In this document: in pieces, positions 1 through 10,209 of the stretch
How the letters are laid out: the number at the start of each line of letters is the position of its first letter
Numbering within the stretch: position 1 is the first letter of the stretch
NCBI RefSeq assembly: GCF_000760515.2
Contig: NW_013546178.1
Coordinates: forward strand, 1 to 64,000
Direction of reading: 5' to 3'
Source: Mitosporidium daphniae
Lineage: Eukaryota
Length of the DNA: 64,000 bases
Program-made: the position numbers and the translations under genes
Notes under the pieces: generated by a model
Seen by the model: the letters and a program-made list of their open reading frames with translations, nothing else
Told to the model about the DNA's origin: nothing
Databases searched by the model: none

Positions 1-2673
1 CAGTTCTAGTTGGGGCAGAGAATAGCGGTAAGATTCCAAATCTACATATGAATCGGGCAAATGAAAATCAGACACATCACAATTGGCATGAAACAGCTCG
101 CCGTATTTTAGAATTGGACCGTCAACGAAATCGTCGCCATTGATCCCAACCAGCCTGTCAAACTCTGCCAAATCAGAACTGATATCGGTCATATCAACCA
201 AATTTGGGCTCTCTAGGAAACATTGAATATCGCTGGAAATACGCCCCGTCACTGAAGTGAAATCATTCAACTCAAGGGAATTATACACGGAATTCAGCGA
301 GAAAATATCGCCATCGTCCTTGTCAATGTGATGGTACTTTAAAGGATCAATGAGGCGTTCAGATTCGCTTGTGATGTAGCTTTCTAGAAAGCTGAGTACA
401 GTGGAAAAGGTTTTGTGGAGATCGAAATTTTCTCCTCCATCCACATCAGCATGATGCTTCAAGGTATCGGTTTTATAGAAATTGGCATCATCGAGGTTGA
501 TTTGCGGAAAAGTCGATTCTCCACAAAACTCCAAGTGATTTTTAATTTGGTCGTCAATATCATGCTTAAGCTCGTGCTTCTTTTTCTTTTTCGAATTTTT
601 CTGCAAGCCAGGCGACTTGTAGCCGTTATTGGCGGAAAAATATTGTTGCTTGGCTGATGAGAAAGCAGAAAAATTATCACATCCATCTACAGAATGAATA
701 AAATCTTCCTCCGTAAGGAACATAAAAGGATTTGAAGGTTTTGGGATTGTATTTTCCTGGGAAATGGAGGAAAAAGTGGCCGATTTGGATGGCTTGAAAT
801 CGTTTTCTTTACTCGCCGTCCTGTGATCATTGTCCTTTTTTACCATTGAACTAACAATGGAAGTTTGCGACTGAATGTTTTTAGGCTTTGCAGGTTTCTG
901 TAAAGGATCGCTGGTTTTTTTAACGGAAGATTTGGATGTGAATGCACTATTTTTACATTCGACAGGCTTTTTGGGCATATGATCAGGGTTAGGGGTATTG
1001 CTAACATTCAATGGGCTGGACTTTGCTGCAGCCAAATAAGTAGGCTGGACCGATTTTGTTGCTGTAGGATCTTCAAAATCAGTAAGCGTATCCAAACCAA
1101 AGTTGAGTTTATCCAAAAATTCGATGCACGAATTGTTGATGTCCTCTAAAGAGCAGCAAAATTTGGGTGTTTGTTCCTCAAAATCGTGTGGCGATTTAGC
1201 TTCTGTCAAACAACCGAAAGGTGTCGGTGATTTGAAAGACTCAAAAAGATCAGACATCGGAAAATTTGGTTCTGAAAACGGGAGATCACTCGAAGTGTGT
1301 TCCGTATTTAAATCAGCCACAAATGTAAACCTTGATGATGACCTAGCCGGGTGCATAGACGACACGGATTGTAAATCTTCATTAGGTGCTTTTGATGGGG
1401 AAATTGGCAAAGCTATCTCAGCAGAATCGGCGTCAGTTTGCGCACATTTGATACTTGTCGCTTGGCTTTGATTCAACGGGGCATCTTTAGGGTCATTTTC
1501 AGGGGATCCACTTGGGCTTGCATTTTGATCGAAAGACCCGAGATTGGCGTTGGATATTTCCGATTGCGCTTGTGAAGACACTCCGAACAGCCTTTTCAAT
1601 GAGATATCTCTTTGACGGTGAGAAAGCGACTCTTTGGTGTATGAATTCTGGCTTTGGCCCAGTTCGTGTAAATACAGACAGTTTGATTGATTAGGGCACG
1701 TTTGTCCTCGTAAGAAAAAGGCGCAATATTTCGTGGTGCCATATGTAGCTCGAACTAGACATCCTTCAAGCAAAGAATTGTCAATATTCCCAATCGCTAC
1801 GGATGCATCCTCTGGCTTTTCAAACGTAAGAAATGCAGAGACCGTTGGAAACGTTGCTGCTGCCGTAGAGGTTGACCTTTTAGAGCTACTAGATCCAGAG
1901 TGATGCCCCTTAATATTGATGACAAGCTTTAAGATATTTCCAAACTTTCCAAAATATTTTTTTGATGCAAGAAGCTCTTCAAGAGCAGAAATAAAGACGG
2001 GATTAAAAATCGAAGTGGAGCGAGAAGAAAACGTCTTCTCAAACCGGTACAGGGAAAGAGAAAGAGGAATTCCAACCACATAGACAAGATTAGACTGCAG
2101 AACCCGAACATCAATCAAATGCTTTCTAGATGCAAGAACATTTCCAAGCGGTGCCCCACCTCGGGTCCCGTTATTATCAAGCGGGATAATCTGGTCAGAA
2201 GACAGGGTGGTAGCTGCTGGCTTCTTTTTCTTTAGACATGCATTGCCTTGAGTGGTGGATAGAGGCTTCAAAGAAACAAGGGGGCTATCTTCCTGCTTGG
2301 AATATGACCTACGGCAAGCGGGACACAGGTCATTAAGGACAAATTTGATGTGGTGCCAGCAAAACCTGCAAATTTGATAGCCACATTCGCAGGGAACAAA
2401 GTTGACATCGCCCATGTCAACCTGCTCCATGCAAAGTGGGCAGTCCCACTGCTCGATGTTTGATAGCTCATTGGCCAGTGTGCTTGAAAAGGCCGTCGAT
2501 CCACCCGATGAATTGTTGTTACCGTTTGATTTTTTCTTAAGCATAGAGGAGGCAGCTATAGATTCTTTTGGTGCCTTGCCAGATTTTCCAAATTTAGACT
2601 TTCCTAGATTGATTGTGACCCCGTTGGATGGTTTGGGCGATGTGCTTAAATCAGCTGATCCATACGAATGCAT
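1..2673 (-). CDS. NOT4: CCR4-NOT E3 ubiquitin ligase Not4 (3' end runs off the window)
   Basis: Not in the ORF track because there is no stop in the window. Manual translation from ATG at 2673 gives the C4C4 RING CPLCMEQVDMGDVNFVPCECGYQICRFCWHHIKFVLNDLCPACRR, then RKHLIDVRVLQSNLVYVVG, the RRM (YFGKFGNILKL...VRATYGTTKYC) and CCCH CPNQSNCLYLHE. Confidence 0.93.
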   Translation of the reverse strand, partial: MHSYGSADLSTSPKPSNGVTINLGKSKFGKSGKAPKESIAASSMLKKKSNGNNNSSGGSTAFSSTLANELSNIEQWDCPLCMEQVDMGDVNFVPCECGYQICRFCWHHIKFVLNDLCPACRRSYSKQEDSPLVSLKPLSTTQGNACLKKKKPAATTLSSDQIIPLDNNGTRGGAPLGNVLASRKHLIDVRVLQSNLVYVVGIPLSLSLYRFEKTFSSRSTSIFNPVFISALEELLASKKYFGKFGNILKLVINIKGHHSGSSSSKRSTSTAAATFPTVSAFLTFEKPEDASVAIGNIDNSLLEGCLVRATYGTTKYCAFFLRGQTCPNQSNCLYLHELGQSQNSYTKESLSHRQRDISLKRLFGVSSQAQSEISNANLGSFDQNASPSGSPENDPKDAPLNQSQATSIKCAQTDADSAEIALPISPSKAPNEDLQSVSSMHPARSSSRFTFVADLNTEHTSSDLPFSEPNFPMSDLFESFKSPTPFGCLTEAKSPHDFEEQTPKFCCSLEDINNSCIEFLDKLNFGLDTLTDFEDPTATKSVQPTYLAAAKSSPLNVSNTPNPDHMPKKPVECKNSAFTSKSSVKKTSDPLQKPAKPKNIQSQTSIVSSMVKKDNDHRTASKENDFKPSKSATFSSISQENTIPKPSNPFMFLTEEDFIHSVDGCDNFSAFSSAKQQYFSANNGYKSPGLQKNSKKKKKHELKHDIDDQIKNHLEFCGESTFPQINLDDANFYKTDTLKHHADVDGGENFDLHKTFSTVLSFLESYITSESERLIDPLKYHHIDKDDGDIFSLNSVYNSLELNDFTSVTGRISSDIQCFLESPNLVDMTDISSDLAEFDRLVGINGDDFVDGPILKYGELFHANCDVSDFHLPDSYVDLESYRYSLPQLEL

Positions 2674-2888
2674 GGATAAAACGGACAGAGGATATTAATT
2701 AAAATGCAAATTATTTTTACTTTGCTGCTAGTTTGCAAGACATCATTTCTTTTCATTTATGTGTAAATTTAAATTTACAAGCTGTCAATTGGGCCTTTAC
2801 ACCAATTAAAGGGCTGATCCACACATCAACCAATGGATCAACATTTGATGCATGATCGGGCTCTTTTATTTCATTTACGCCCTCCATT

Positions 2889-4616
2889 ATGAGCTCGATA
2901 TCTTCCCTACCAAGGATCCAGATTAAGGGCACCATTAAGCAAGAGTATAAGAATATTCTCACAGAAAATGCATGTTCTTTTCTGATCTTTCTTCACTCTG
3001 CATTTGAACCAGAGCGAAGAAAACTCATGGACTCCAGAGAGCTATTGCTTCAGAAAATAAATTCAGGATGGAGGCCAACTTTTCCAACCGAGACCGAATA
3101 CATCCGAAACGACCCCATTTGGGTGGGTGCTAGTCCTGCACCTGGTTTGATTGACCGTCGTGTTGAAATAACGGGCCCAGTTGATTGCAAAATGATAATT
3201 AATGCGTTGAACAGCGGAGCCACGCAATTTATGGCTGACTTTGAAGGTTTCATTTGAATTTTGACGTGTTTCGTAGATTCCAATTCCCCCACTTGGACTA
3301 ATTGTATGGATGGCCAGGTCAACTTAAGAGATGCTACGTGCAAAAAAATATCTCTGACCATCCCAAACGGAAAGACATACAAGCTGAAGGGCAAAGTCGC
3401 CACTCTTCTTGTTCGGTAAACATTGTTTTTTATTGTAGACCGCGAGGGTGGCATCTTGTTGAAAAGCATGTCCTTATTGATGACCAACCAATTTCTGCGT
3501 CGATCTTCGATTTTGGATTGTTTTTCTTCCACAACGCCCAAACACTGATCCAGTCGGGCGTGGGTCCATATTTTTATTTGCCAAAAATCGAGCATTACCT
3601 GGAGGCCAGGTATGATGGGCATATCAACTTAACGCCATAGATTGTGGAATTCTATTTTTAATGCCTCTCAAGATTATCTTGCCATTCCAAGAGGAACCAT
3701 TAGGGCCACGGTGTTAATTGAAACCATTTTGGCCTCTTTTCAAATGGAGGAAATAATTTATGAGCTTAGAAGCCACTCTTCGGGCCTCAACTGCGGCAGA
3801 TGGGATTACATTTTTTCTTTCATCAAAAAATTTGGAGCATTTAAAGAATTTCTACTTCCCGATAGGTCTCAAGTGACCATGAGTACCCCCTTCATGTCTG
3901 CATACACGAATCACTTGATTTATGTCTGTCACAAGCGCCAAGTTCATGCTATGGGCGGAATGGCTGCACAAATTCCGATCAAGTCCAACGCAGAACTAAA
4001 TGACAAAGCCTTGAACAAGGTTCGCGATGACAAGCTTCGTGAGGTTCTGGCAGGGCATGATGGAACTTGGGTAGCCCATCCAGATCTTATACAAATTGCG
4101 AAAGAAATTTTTGATTCCAATATGCAAGGTCCCAACCAACTTCATGTCAAACCGTCTCTATCAATCAGACCGGGCCAGCTGTTGGATGTCTCCATCCCCG
4201 GGTCCGAGGTTACTCTTTCTGGAGTTAAAGATAATATTGCAGTTTGCTTGTTGTATATGGAATCTTGGCTCAACGGAAGTGGGTGCATTCCCATCAACCA
4301 TTTGATGGAAGATGCTGCAACCGCCGAAATAGCAAGAACGCAACTGTGGCAATGGTTGAGACACTCTGTTTCGGTAAAGCTCTCATCCAACTCATGTGCC
4401 AGATTGACAAAGGATTTACTTATGCAATATCTTAAGGACGTTTCTTCAGAACTGAAATTAACATCATCTACCGGGGTTCTCGCACAAACTAGACTTGCCC
4501 AGCTTCTTTTTTCCACAGACGCCGAATCTAAATGCCCCGAGTTTTTGACCTCCGCCTGCTATGACGATATTGTTAGGTATGTTCCATCTGCAACATTGAA
4601 TGCCTCCAAACTATGA
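2889..4616 (+). CDS. MLS1: Malate synthase A with C-terminal PTS1 (-SKL); 3 introns (3247-3276, 3416-3438, 3610-3640)
   Basis: Motifs [50 protein letters not shown] and [10 protein letters not shown]. The GT-AG introns of 30, 23 and 31 nt restore the conserved junctions. Confidence 0.96.
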
Positions 4617-4778
4617 CCCTTTAGTCGATAAATAAATTGCACCGAGTATAGCAATATTTTAAGTGTCCACCGGTTCAGTTTATAACTCGATCGATGGATT
4701 TTGGCACCGACATGTTGCGTGTCGGCTATTGTTGACGACCAAAGGTCAATATTTTGCTATCTACGTGCCAAGTTTTTA

Positions 4779-5405
4779 TTAATTACTTGAGGGAGTCCCT
4801 TTCTTTCTCATTCTTAGAGTATCGTTTTGAGCTTCAGAGCTCTTCTCAACAGATTTCTGCTCAGTCCTTGCAGGTGCGTCGGTCACTCCTTCCTCTTGCT
4901 CGTTTTGAAAGAACGCTGCAAACGGCGATTTGGGAAGGGGGAAAGGGCGGCTCAGATCACCAACGGCAGGGAATCCTAAAAGATGGATTTTCACAATCGG
5001 AGCGGATAAGAACGATTTTAGCGGTAAAATGGCTTGCAAAATCAACGGCTGCGTATATTCAAACTTCAAGTGAAGAAAGAGAAGGAATGCACAGTTGAGC
5101 AAGTTTTGTTTGACAAGCTCAAGCAAATTTGTACTGTCGTATTCTTCAATTGTCATCTCGATCGAAGTGGCCGATTCATCCGAGAAAGGCTTTGCGGGCA
5201 CTATGACAACGATTTTTGCGTCTCGTTCGGCTTTTTTCCTGATTCTGCGAGAAATAATATAGGAAAGAACGAGCTGGGTAAGTTGCGACAGGAAATATGC
5301 CGTTCGGACAAAAATTAGGTACTTTGGGTTTATCAGATCAAAGTAGCGTATCACCTGGACAAGAAAGAAGAATATGGCGAGAGACTTGAGCTGATCAGAA
5401 AACAT
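4779..5405 (-). CDS. PHO88: Pho88/Snd3 family ER membrane protein
   Basis: EYD..., FLHLKFEYTQPLILQAILPLK and VKIHLLGFPAVGDLSRPF match the Pho88 family pattern. Confidence 0.85.
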   Translation of the reverse strand: MFSDQLKSLAIFFFLVQVIRYFDLINPKYLIFVRTAYFLSQLTQLVLSYIISRRIRKKAERDAKIVVIVPAKPFSDESATSIEMTIEEYDSTNLLELVKQNLLNCAFLLFLHLKFEYTQPLILQAILPLKSFLSAPIVKIHLLGFPAVGDLSRPFPLPKSPFAAFFQNEQEEGVTDAPARTEQKSVEKSSEAQNDTLRMRKKGTPSSN

Positions 5406-5588
5406 TATCGAATAAAATTAAAATTTATGTAAATTTTTTTAACTTTTCTAGGTGAGCATGGAATCCGCTTCGGTGGCCGTTTGTGTCCATTTTAATCCAT
5501 TGCATTCGTTTGCCTTCCAAACTCCATTTTTGTTCTTTGCAGGAGATTTCTAATGCATTCTAGGTACAGCAAGAGCATAAGGTTGTAC

Positions 5589-6118
5589 ATGACAATTATC
5601 CCAAACGCTTCTGCTGCACATCCATTTGACACAACTGGCGACGAAGATAGCCGCGTAGAAGGAAACATACGTAAGTAAACGGACCGACCAGTATATCCTA
5701 ACCATATGCCATTGATGATGCTATTACCTTGAAGATGCCATGTAAATGGCGTCGATGATTCGAATGTCATAGTTACCCTGAGGCGTGTATTGTTTATCTC
5801 AATTTTCGTTATGCCATTGTCTTTAAATGCCTTTTTCACCTTTTTCTTCCCCTTTCAATAACCTTTGTAGACATTCGAATCCAACAACGCAATGGACGCA
5901 AGACGATCACCACCGTAGAAGGGGTTCCAAAGGAATATGACCTTAAAATGATCCTCAAGGCCTTCAAAAAGGATTTTGCCTGCAATGGTACGCTTGTCAC
6001 CGACCCCAAGATGGGAGAAGTGATGCAGCTGAATGGCGACCACCGCGATAAAATTTACGACTTTCTTATTGCCGAGTCCATAGCCAAGGCGGAAAATGTA
6101 AAAATCCATGGCTTTTAA
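5589..6118 (+). CDS. SUI1: Translation initiation factor eIF1; one 200-nt intron (5671-5870)
   Basis: Missed by the ORF track. Spliced product is MTIIPNASAAHPFDTTGDEDSRVEGNIH|IRIQQRNGRKTITTVEG...KKDFACNGT...MQLNGDHR...KIHGF*, using a gtaagt...tgtag intron. Confidence 0.95.
5706..5786 (+). ncRNA. Intronic box C/D snoRNA, snR63/U46 (SNORD46) type guide for LSU rRNA helix 69 2'-O-methylation
   Basis: C box TGATGA at 5713-5718, D box CTGA at 5778-5781, terminal stem ATGCC/GGCGT and internal hairpin GATGCCAT/ATGGCGTC. The guide GTCATAGTTAC (5766-5776) is the exact complement of conserved LSU GUAACUAUGAC. Confidence 0.85.
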
Positions 6119-6191
6119 TTCAACGATAAATTGGATTAAAGATTCGCCCTTCTTAATGCTTTATTTCAGCCTAATGCTCACCTGTAATAAG

Positions 6192-9100
6192 TTAATCCTG
6201 TGCAATCGAAAGCGAGGCAAGGCTGACAAGCAGGGGCAGCGTGGAAATATTCTCGATGTTGTCCAAAGCCTTCCTCAATATGGGTGTGTAGCTTTTGATG
6301 ATCACAGATTCGATGCGCCGCAGTGCTGTGGCGATGCTGCTGCTGGAGTGTCTTGGCATGTTGGATGATCCGGGGAGAATTCTTCTGTTTTGGATACACC
6401 TTCGGATTATTGTAGCATGAACAGAGAGTAGCGCGTTGATCCACTCCAGCAAAAGCTGGAGGTTGTTATTTTGTGACTCTGCATACACGGCAAGGGCATT
6501 TAAAAGACGAAGGGCCCAGCTGGGAGACATCAGAGCCGAAACGGCGCGGATCGGTATTTCTTTAGAGGCGCCAATGGTGTTTATCATGTGGTTTTGTAAG
6601 GGCACATCGTTGAGCTTCAGGGCTATGACAAGGGCTGTGGTTGCCATTGAGGGATCTTTGTTTTCACCAATGGCTGCCATAAGTGTGGCCAATGCTGTGG
6701 TCGAAGTCACCTCAAAAGAGAGGTCAAAGGGATCAAACATTAGCGACTCATCCAAAGAGAAAACGTAAATACCCTCGCCCTGCACTAGGGCAGAAATGGA
6801 GCTTCCAGAAGCAACTAGAGTCTCAATAACAACAACATCCGATGATGTCGACGGGGAAGGGACAGCAGCAGGGTGGATTGGGATTCCCTTGAGATAGGGA
6901 CGGTGGGCGGCTTCCATGCCAAAGACGCTGATAACCCCACAGGATCCCGCTGCAAACAAGAGCGCCGAATCCGGGCTATAAGTTAGTGTGCGAAAGCAAT
7001 TGGTAGATGCCGCTTTGGAAAGTTGCAGTGCAGATCCTCGTGGCATTGCATCGGGCTCAATGGACGAAATCTGGGTAAGACTCTCTGTGTCGCAAAAAAT
7101 AACAGCCCCCGACAAGAGTGAAATGGCAACCTCGCTTGCATCTGGGCGGGCTGAAATGGCTAAAACTTCTGACCCAAGTGTGATGACGGCCGTGGCTGTT
7201 GCTGACCCTCCTTCTGAAGAGCTCCCCAAAATATCCCAAAGCCGTACGGTCTTGTCCATGGAACCTGTGATGATCCACTTCCCGGCAATTGGATCGATGA
7301 CCAAGGCTGTAATCGTGCTTTGATGGCCACCAAGGACATCAACAACGTTTCCCGTAGAAATGCTCCACACAAAAATGCTAAAAGGAGCGCCAATTGCTGC
7401 AGAAACAGGGGTCTCTGTCGTTGCAGCCACCAGTTCGCCCAAGGGGTCCGCCGCAAGCAAGGAAATCGGTCCCATCGAGGATGGTGGCATGCTCAGAGTC
7501 CTAAAGTTGCGATAGCGAAGCAAATCAAAAGCACGAATGGTCCCATCTTGAAAACCAGCGACAATAACTTTCCCCCGTTTGCAAAAGGCAAGGGAAGTGG
7601 TGAGGTTCGCGTCCTTTGTTTCAGAATCGCGAGTCTGCCCCCCCAATGTGATGAAAGAAAAGTTCGTCATGGCATCCCAAAGGATGACACCGCCATCTCG
7701 AGAAGAGCTGCTGGCAATTATGGAACCGTCAAGATTGATTGCAAGGGCTCCCCTAGCCGAAGTTGCAAGCAAATTCGATGTATTCGAAGGGGAAGCAAAA
7801 GCAATGCTCTTTTGCCGAAGTTGAAACGATTCAGACCCCCATTCCCAGACCGTAAGCTCTCCGTGTTCTTTCGTCGCCAAACCAATCCACTCGCCTCGTG
7901 CAGAAAGTGAAACAGAAGAAATAGGTGCCTGGAACGCAGATATTGACTGCAAAACAACACACGTGTTTTCTGGATTATGGACCCCAGAAAGGTCATAAAT
8001 TGTAAAGACCCCATTGGAAAGACCAACGACAAGAAGATCCCTGGATGCGCAGAACGCAGAAGCAGTAACAACTACTCGATTCATCAAATTCATAAATTCT
8101 CGTTTAGCTAGACCCCAGCGATGCGTACTCATCAACGAAGATGGATACAAAAGATCATCTGAATCAACTGCATCAATGTGATGTCTCTGATCGCCGCTAA
8201 CGTTTAGTTCAAAATTGTCTGCCCCATCGACATTATCAAATGAAGTTTCAGAAGGATCCTTTGAAATCCACCTCCAATGAAAAAGCGCACCCTCTTGCGA
8301 GACGCTAACGATGGTTTTAAGGGAGGATGTGAAATATGCCCCAACAAGTGGGTCTTTGTGGCCCGAGAGTGTGTATGGGTGATACTTGAATTTTGATCCC
8401 CTCTTCGTAACCAGTAATAGCTTGCTCGTCATATCGACAGAAGCGGTAAGTACATACCTTAGTGTAAAGACAAATGAAATTTCTTACTTTGAACACGGGG
8501 ACCAACAAACTGAGGTTATTTCATCTGAATGGCATCGGATTCGCACGATTTCCTGAAGAGGCGCCCTGGAAAGATCAGATCCGTGCTCAAAGAGGTCAAA
8601 TAAAGACCAAATCTGCACAAACTTTGGATACGCAATCGCAAACAGCCTAAAATTAAAAGCGATCAGACAAATGCATTTATAAGGTCAAAGGGGAAGGTGA
8701 AATCGAGTAATATGCCGATCAAATCAAGTAATATGTCGATGAAATGCTACAAAGGCAATGGCTATCATAAATAGGCCAAACAAATCAAAATTCACAAAAA
8801 TGCTACCTGGAATCTGGCGAAAATTTCACCACGCTGACGGGATGCTTGAAATTCATGCGCGAAAGAATCTGCCCAGAGGCATAGTTGGCAAAAACTGCCT
8901 TTCCGTCTACAGAAAAAGATAAATCATTTGGGACAATACGTTTCTCAATGGCAAGAACAAATTTCCCATTTGGCGAAATGTGCATTGCATTAATCTGCTG
9001 GCGCGTTTCGAATGGAAAAGTCATGAGAGAAGGCGATGTTGCCGAACAATCGAACTTTGAAATACGAGTCCCAACAGGGGATAATATTGTTGTATCTTCT

Positions 9101-9203
9101 GGCCCGAACTCTATATTTCCAGCACTATAAGAAACTCCGCAAACAGCCGAAAGCTTGAATGGTAAAATCGAAATGGTATGGATACCTTGTAGGCTAGTTT
9201 CAT
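6192..9203 (-). CDS. PWP2: Pwp2/Utp1 WD40 SSU processome protein; 4 introns (9154-9185, ~8909-8941, 8647-8806, ~8458-8487)
   Basis: N-terminus MKLAYK|LSAVCGVSYSAGNIEF, and motifs GELTVWEWGSESFQLRQ, DGTIRAFDLLRYRNFRTL, GSMDKTVRLWD and MFDPFDLSFEVT. Confidence 0.9.
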
Positions 9204-9264
9204 TCTTTAAAATAAAATTCTTATTTCATTTTAAAAGCAGTTAAGGTCAAAAGTACATTTAAGA

Positions 9265-9340
9265 AATTAATTTGTAAATAATGCGCAACGAATTAATCTG
9301 TAAATATGCGCAACGAATTAATTTGTAAATATGCGCAACC
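9265..9340. repeat. Three tandem ~25-bp repeats AATTAATTTGTAAATATGCGCAACG in an intergenic/promoter region
   Basis: Copies at 9265-9290, 9291-9315 and 9316-9340 differ by 1-2 nt. Confidence 0.9.
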
Positions 9341-9505
9341 AATTGGCCTAATCCTAAAAGTTCTCTTTAAATCCACTTTTGGACCAATGGCGCGTCGGGG
9401 TAATTTATCCCTGCGATTATATTCCTCAAAAGGCCCACCTTATCTAAAAATAGAGTCTTATAAATCTCAAATGCATTTTGTTTTCGTTTAAATCTTGCAC
9501 GTTAA

Positions 9506-9802
9506 ATGATAAAAATAGCTCGAATCATGGGGTTGAAAAAGGCAGCAACAAAGAATCTTTCGGAATCCAATCCACCACCAGCCTCAAATGATTCCTCTGT
9601 TCCTAGCGAGGCTGTGATTTCAAACGAGCTCTCAACCTCTAATGAATGGTCTGGCTTTGGAAAGAGAATATCACGGAGATGCAATCACATCATGAGTCAA
9701 ATGAAGAGAAAAGATCCGAGATGCGAAGCCACAGCGAGTGAAACCACAGAAGCTAATGCTCCTCGGACCAAAAAATGGAAAAAAATTGAAACCTCAAATT
9801 GA
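9506..9802 (+). CDS. Hypothetical Ser/Lys-rich small protein; may continue into the overlapping 9738-9959 frame
   Basis: ATG-initiated 98-aa ORF after an AT-rich tract. No family recognised. Confidence 0.35.
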   Translation: MIKIARIMGLKKAATKNLSESNPPPASNDSSVPSEAVISNELSTSNEWSGFGKRISRRCNHIMSQMKRKDPRCEATASETTEANAPRTKKWKKIETSN

Positions 9803-10209
9803 CATCACAGGAAACGAAAACATGAATGCATCCAAGGCGCTACCATTCTATAATACAAAGCTCCCTGCTGTACACAAACCTATCTCTCCAAGCCTTCAGT
9901 TGAAGGGAAGCCATGGATATGAAAATCTAAAGGAAGGAAAGCAACAAAATGAAGGCTAATTTGAACATCTTCTATCCTATGACACCATCTTGCCTGCTGT
10001 TTAGCGAGCCTACCCTACTGACATGCCATAGTTAGTGCGTGTTAGCTTACTTTCAGACTGACATAAAGTTTAAAATTAAGAATTGATGATACGGATGATG
10101 CATCATTGGGACGCCCACACTTAATCTACGTTGGACACAGGGGATCGGTGGGGCAATTGACAGTTTCGCCAATAAAATTTTAATTGCTTTTCTTTCTCAT
10201 TGTACGTAC

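Noticed and set aside
415..2698. Multiple short ORFs in the track (415, 1103, 1512, 2402 and others)
   Set aside because: Shadows of the NOT4 reading frame on the minus strand.
3247..3640. Apparent frameshifts in malate synthase (also RPC2, PDX1, CDC24, PRE5) suggesting pseudogenes or recoding
   Set aside because: Short GT-AG introns that restore conserved motifs explain the breaks I traced.
4639..4647. GCACCGAGT, similar to the 3' hairpin of a Cas9 tracrRNA
   Set aside because: A 9-nt chance match in eukaryotic DNA, with no CRISPR array or cas gene.
9265..9340. Repeats considered as a CRISPR array
   Set aside because: Directly tandem with no spacers, in a eukaryotic context.
9960..10200. 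Possible snoRNA (TGATGA, GATGA, small hairpins) upstream of PCP1
   Set aside because: No properly placed D box, terminal stem or rRNA-complementary guide.
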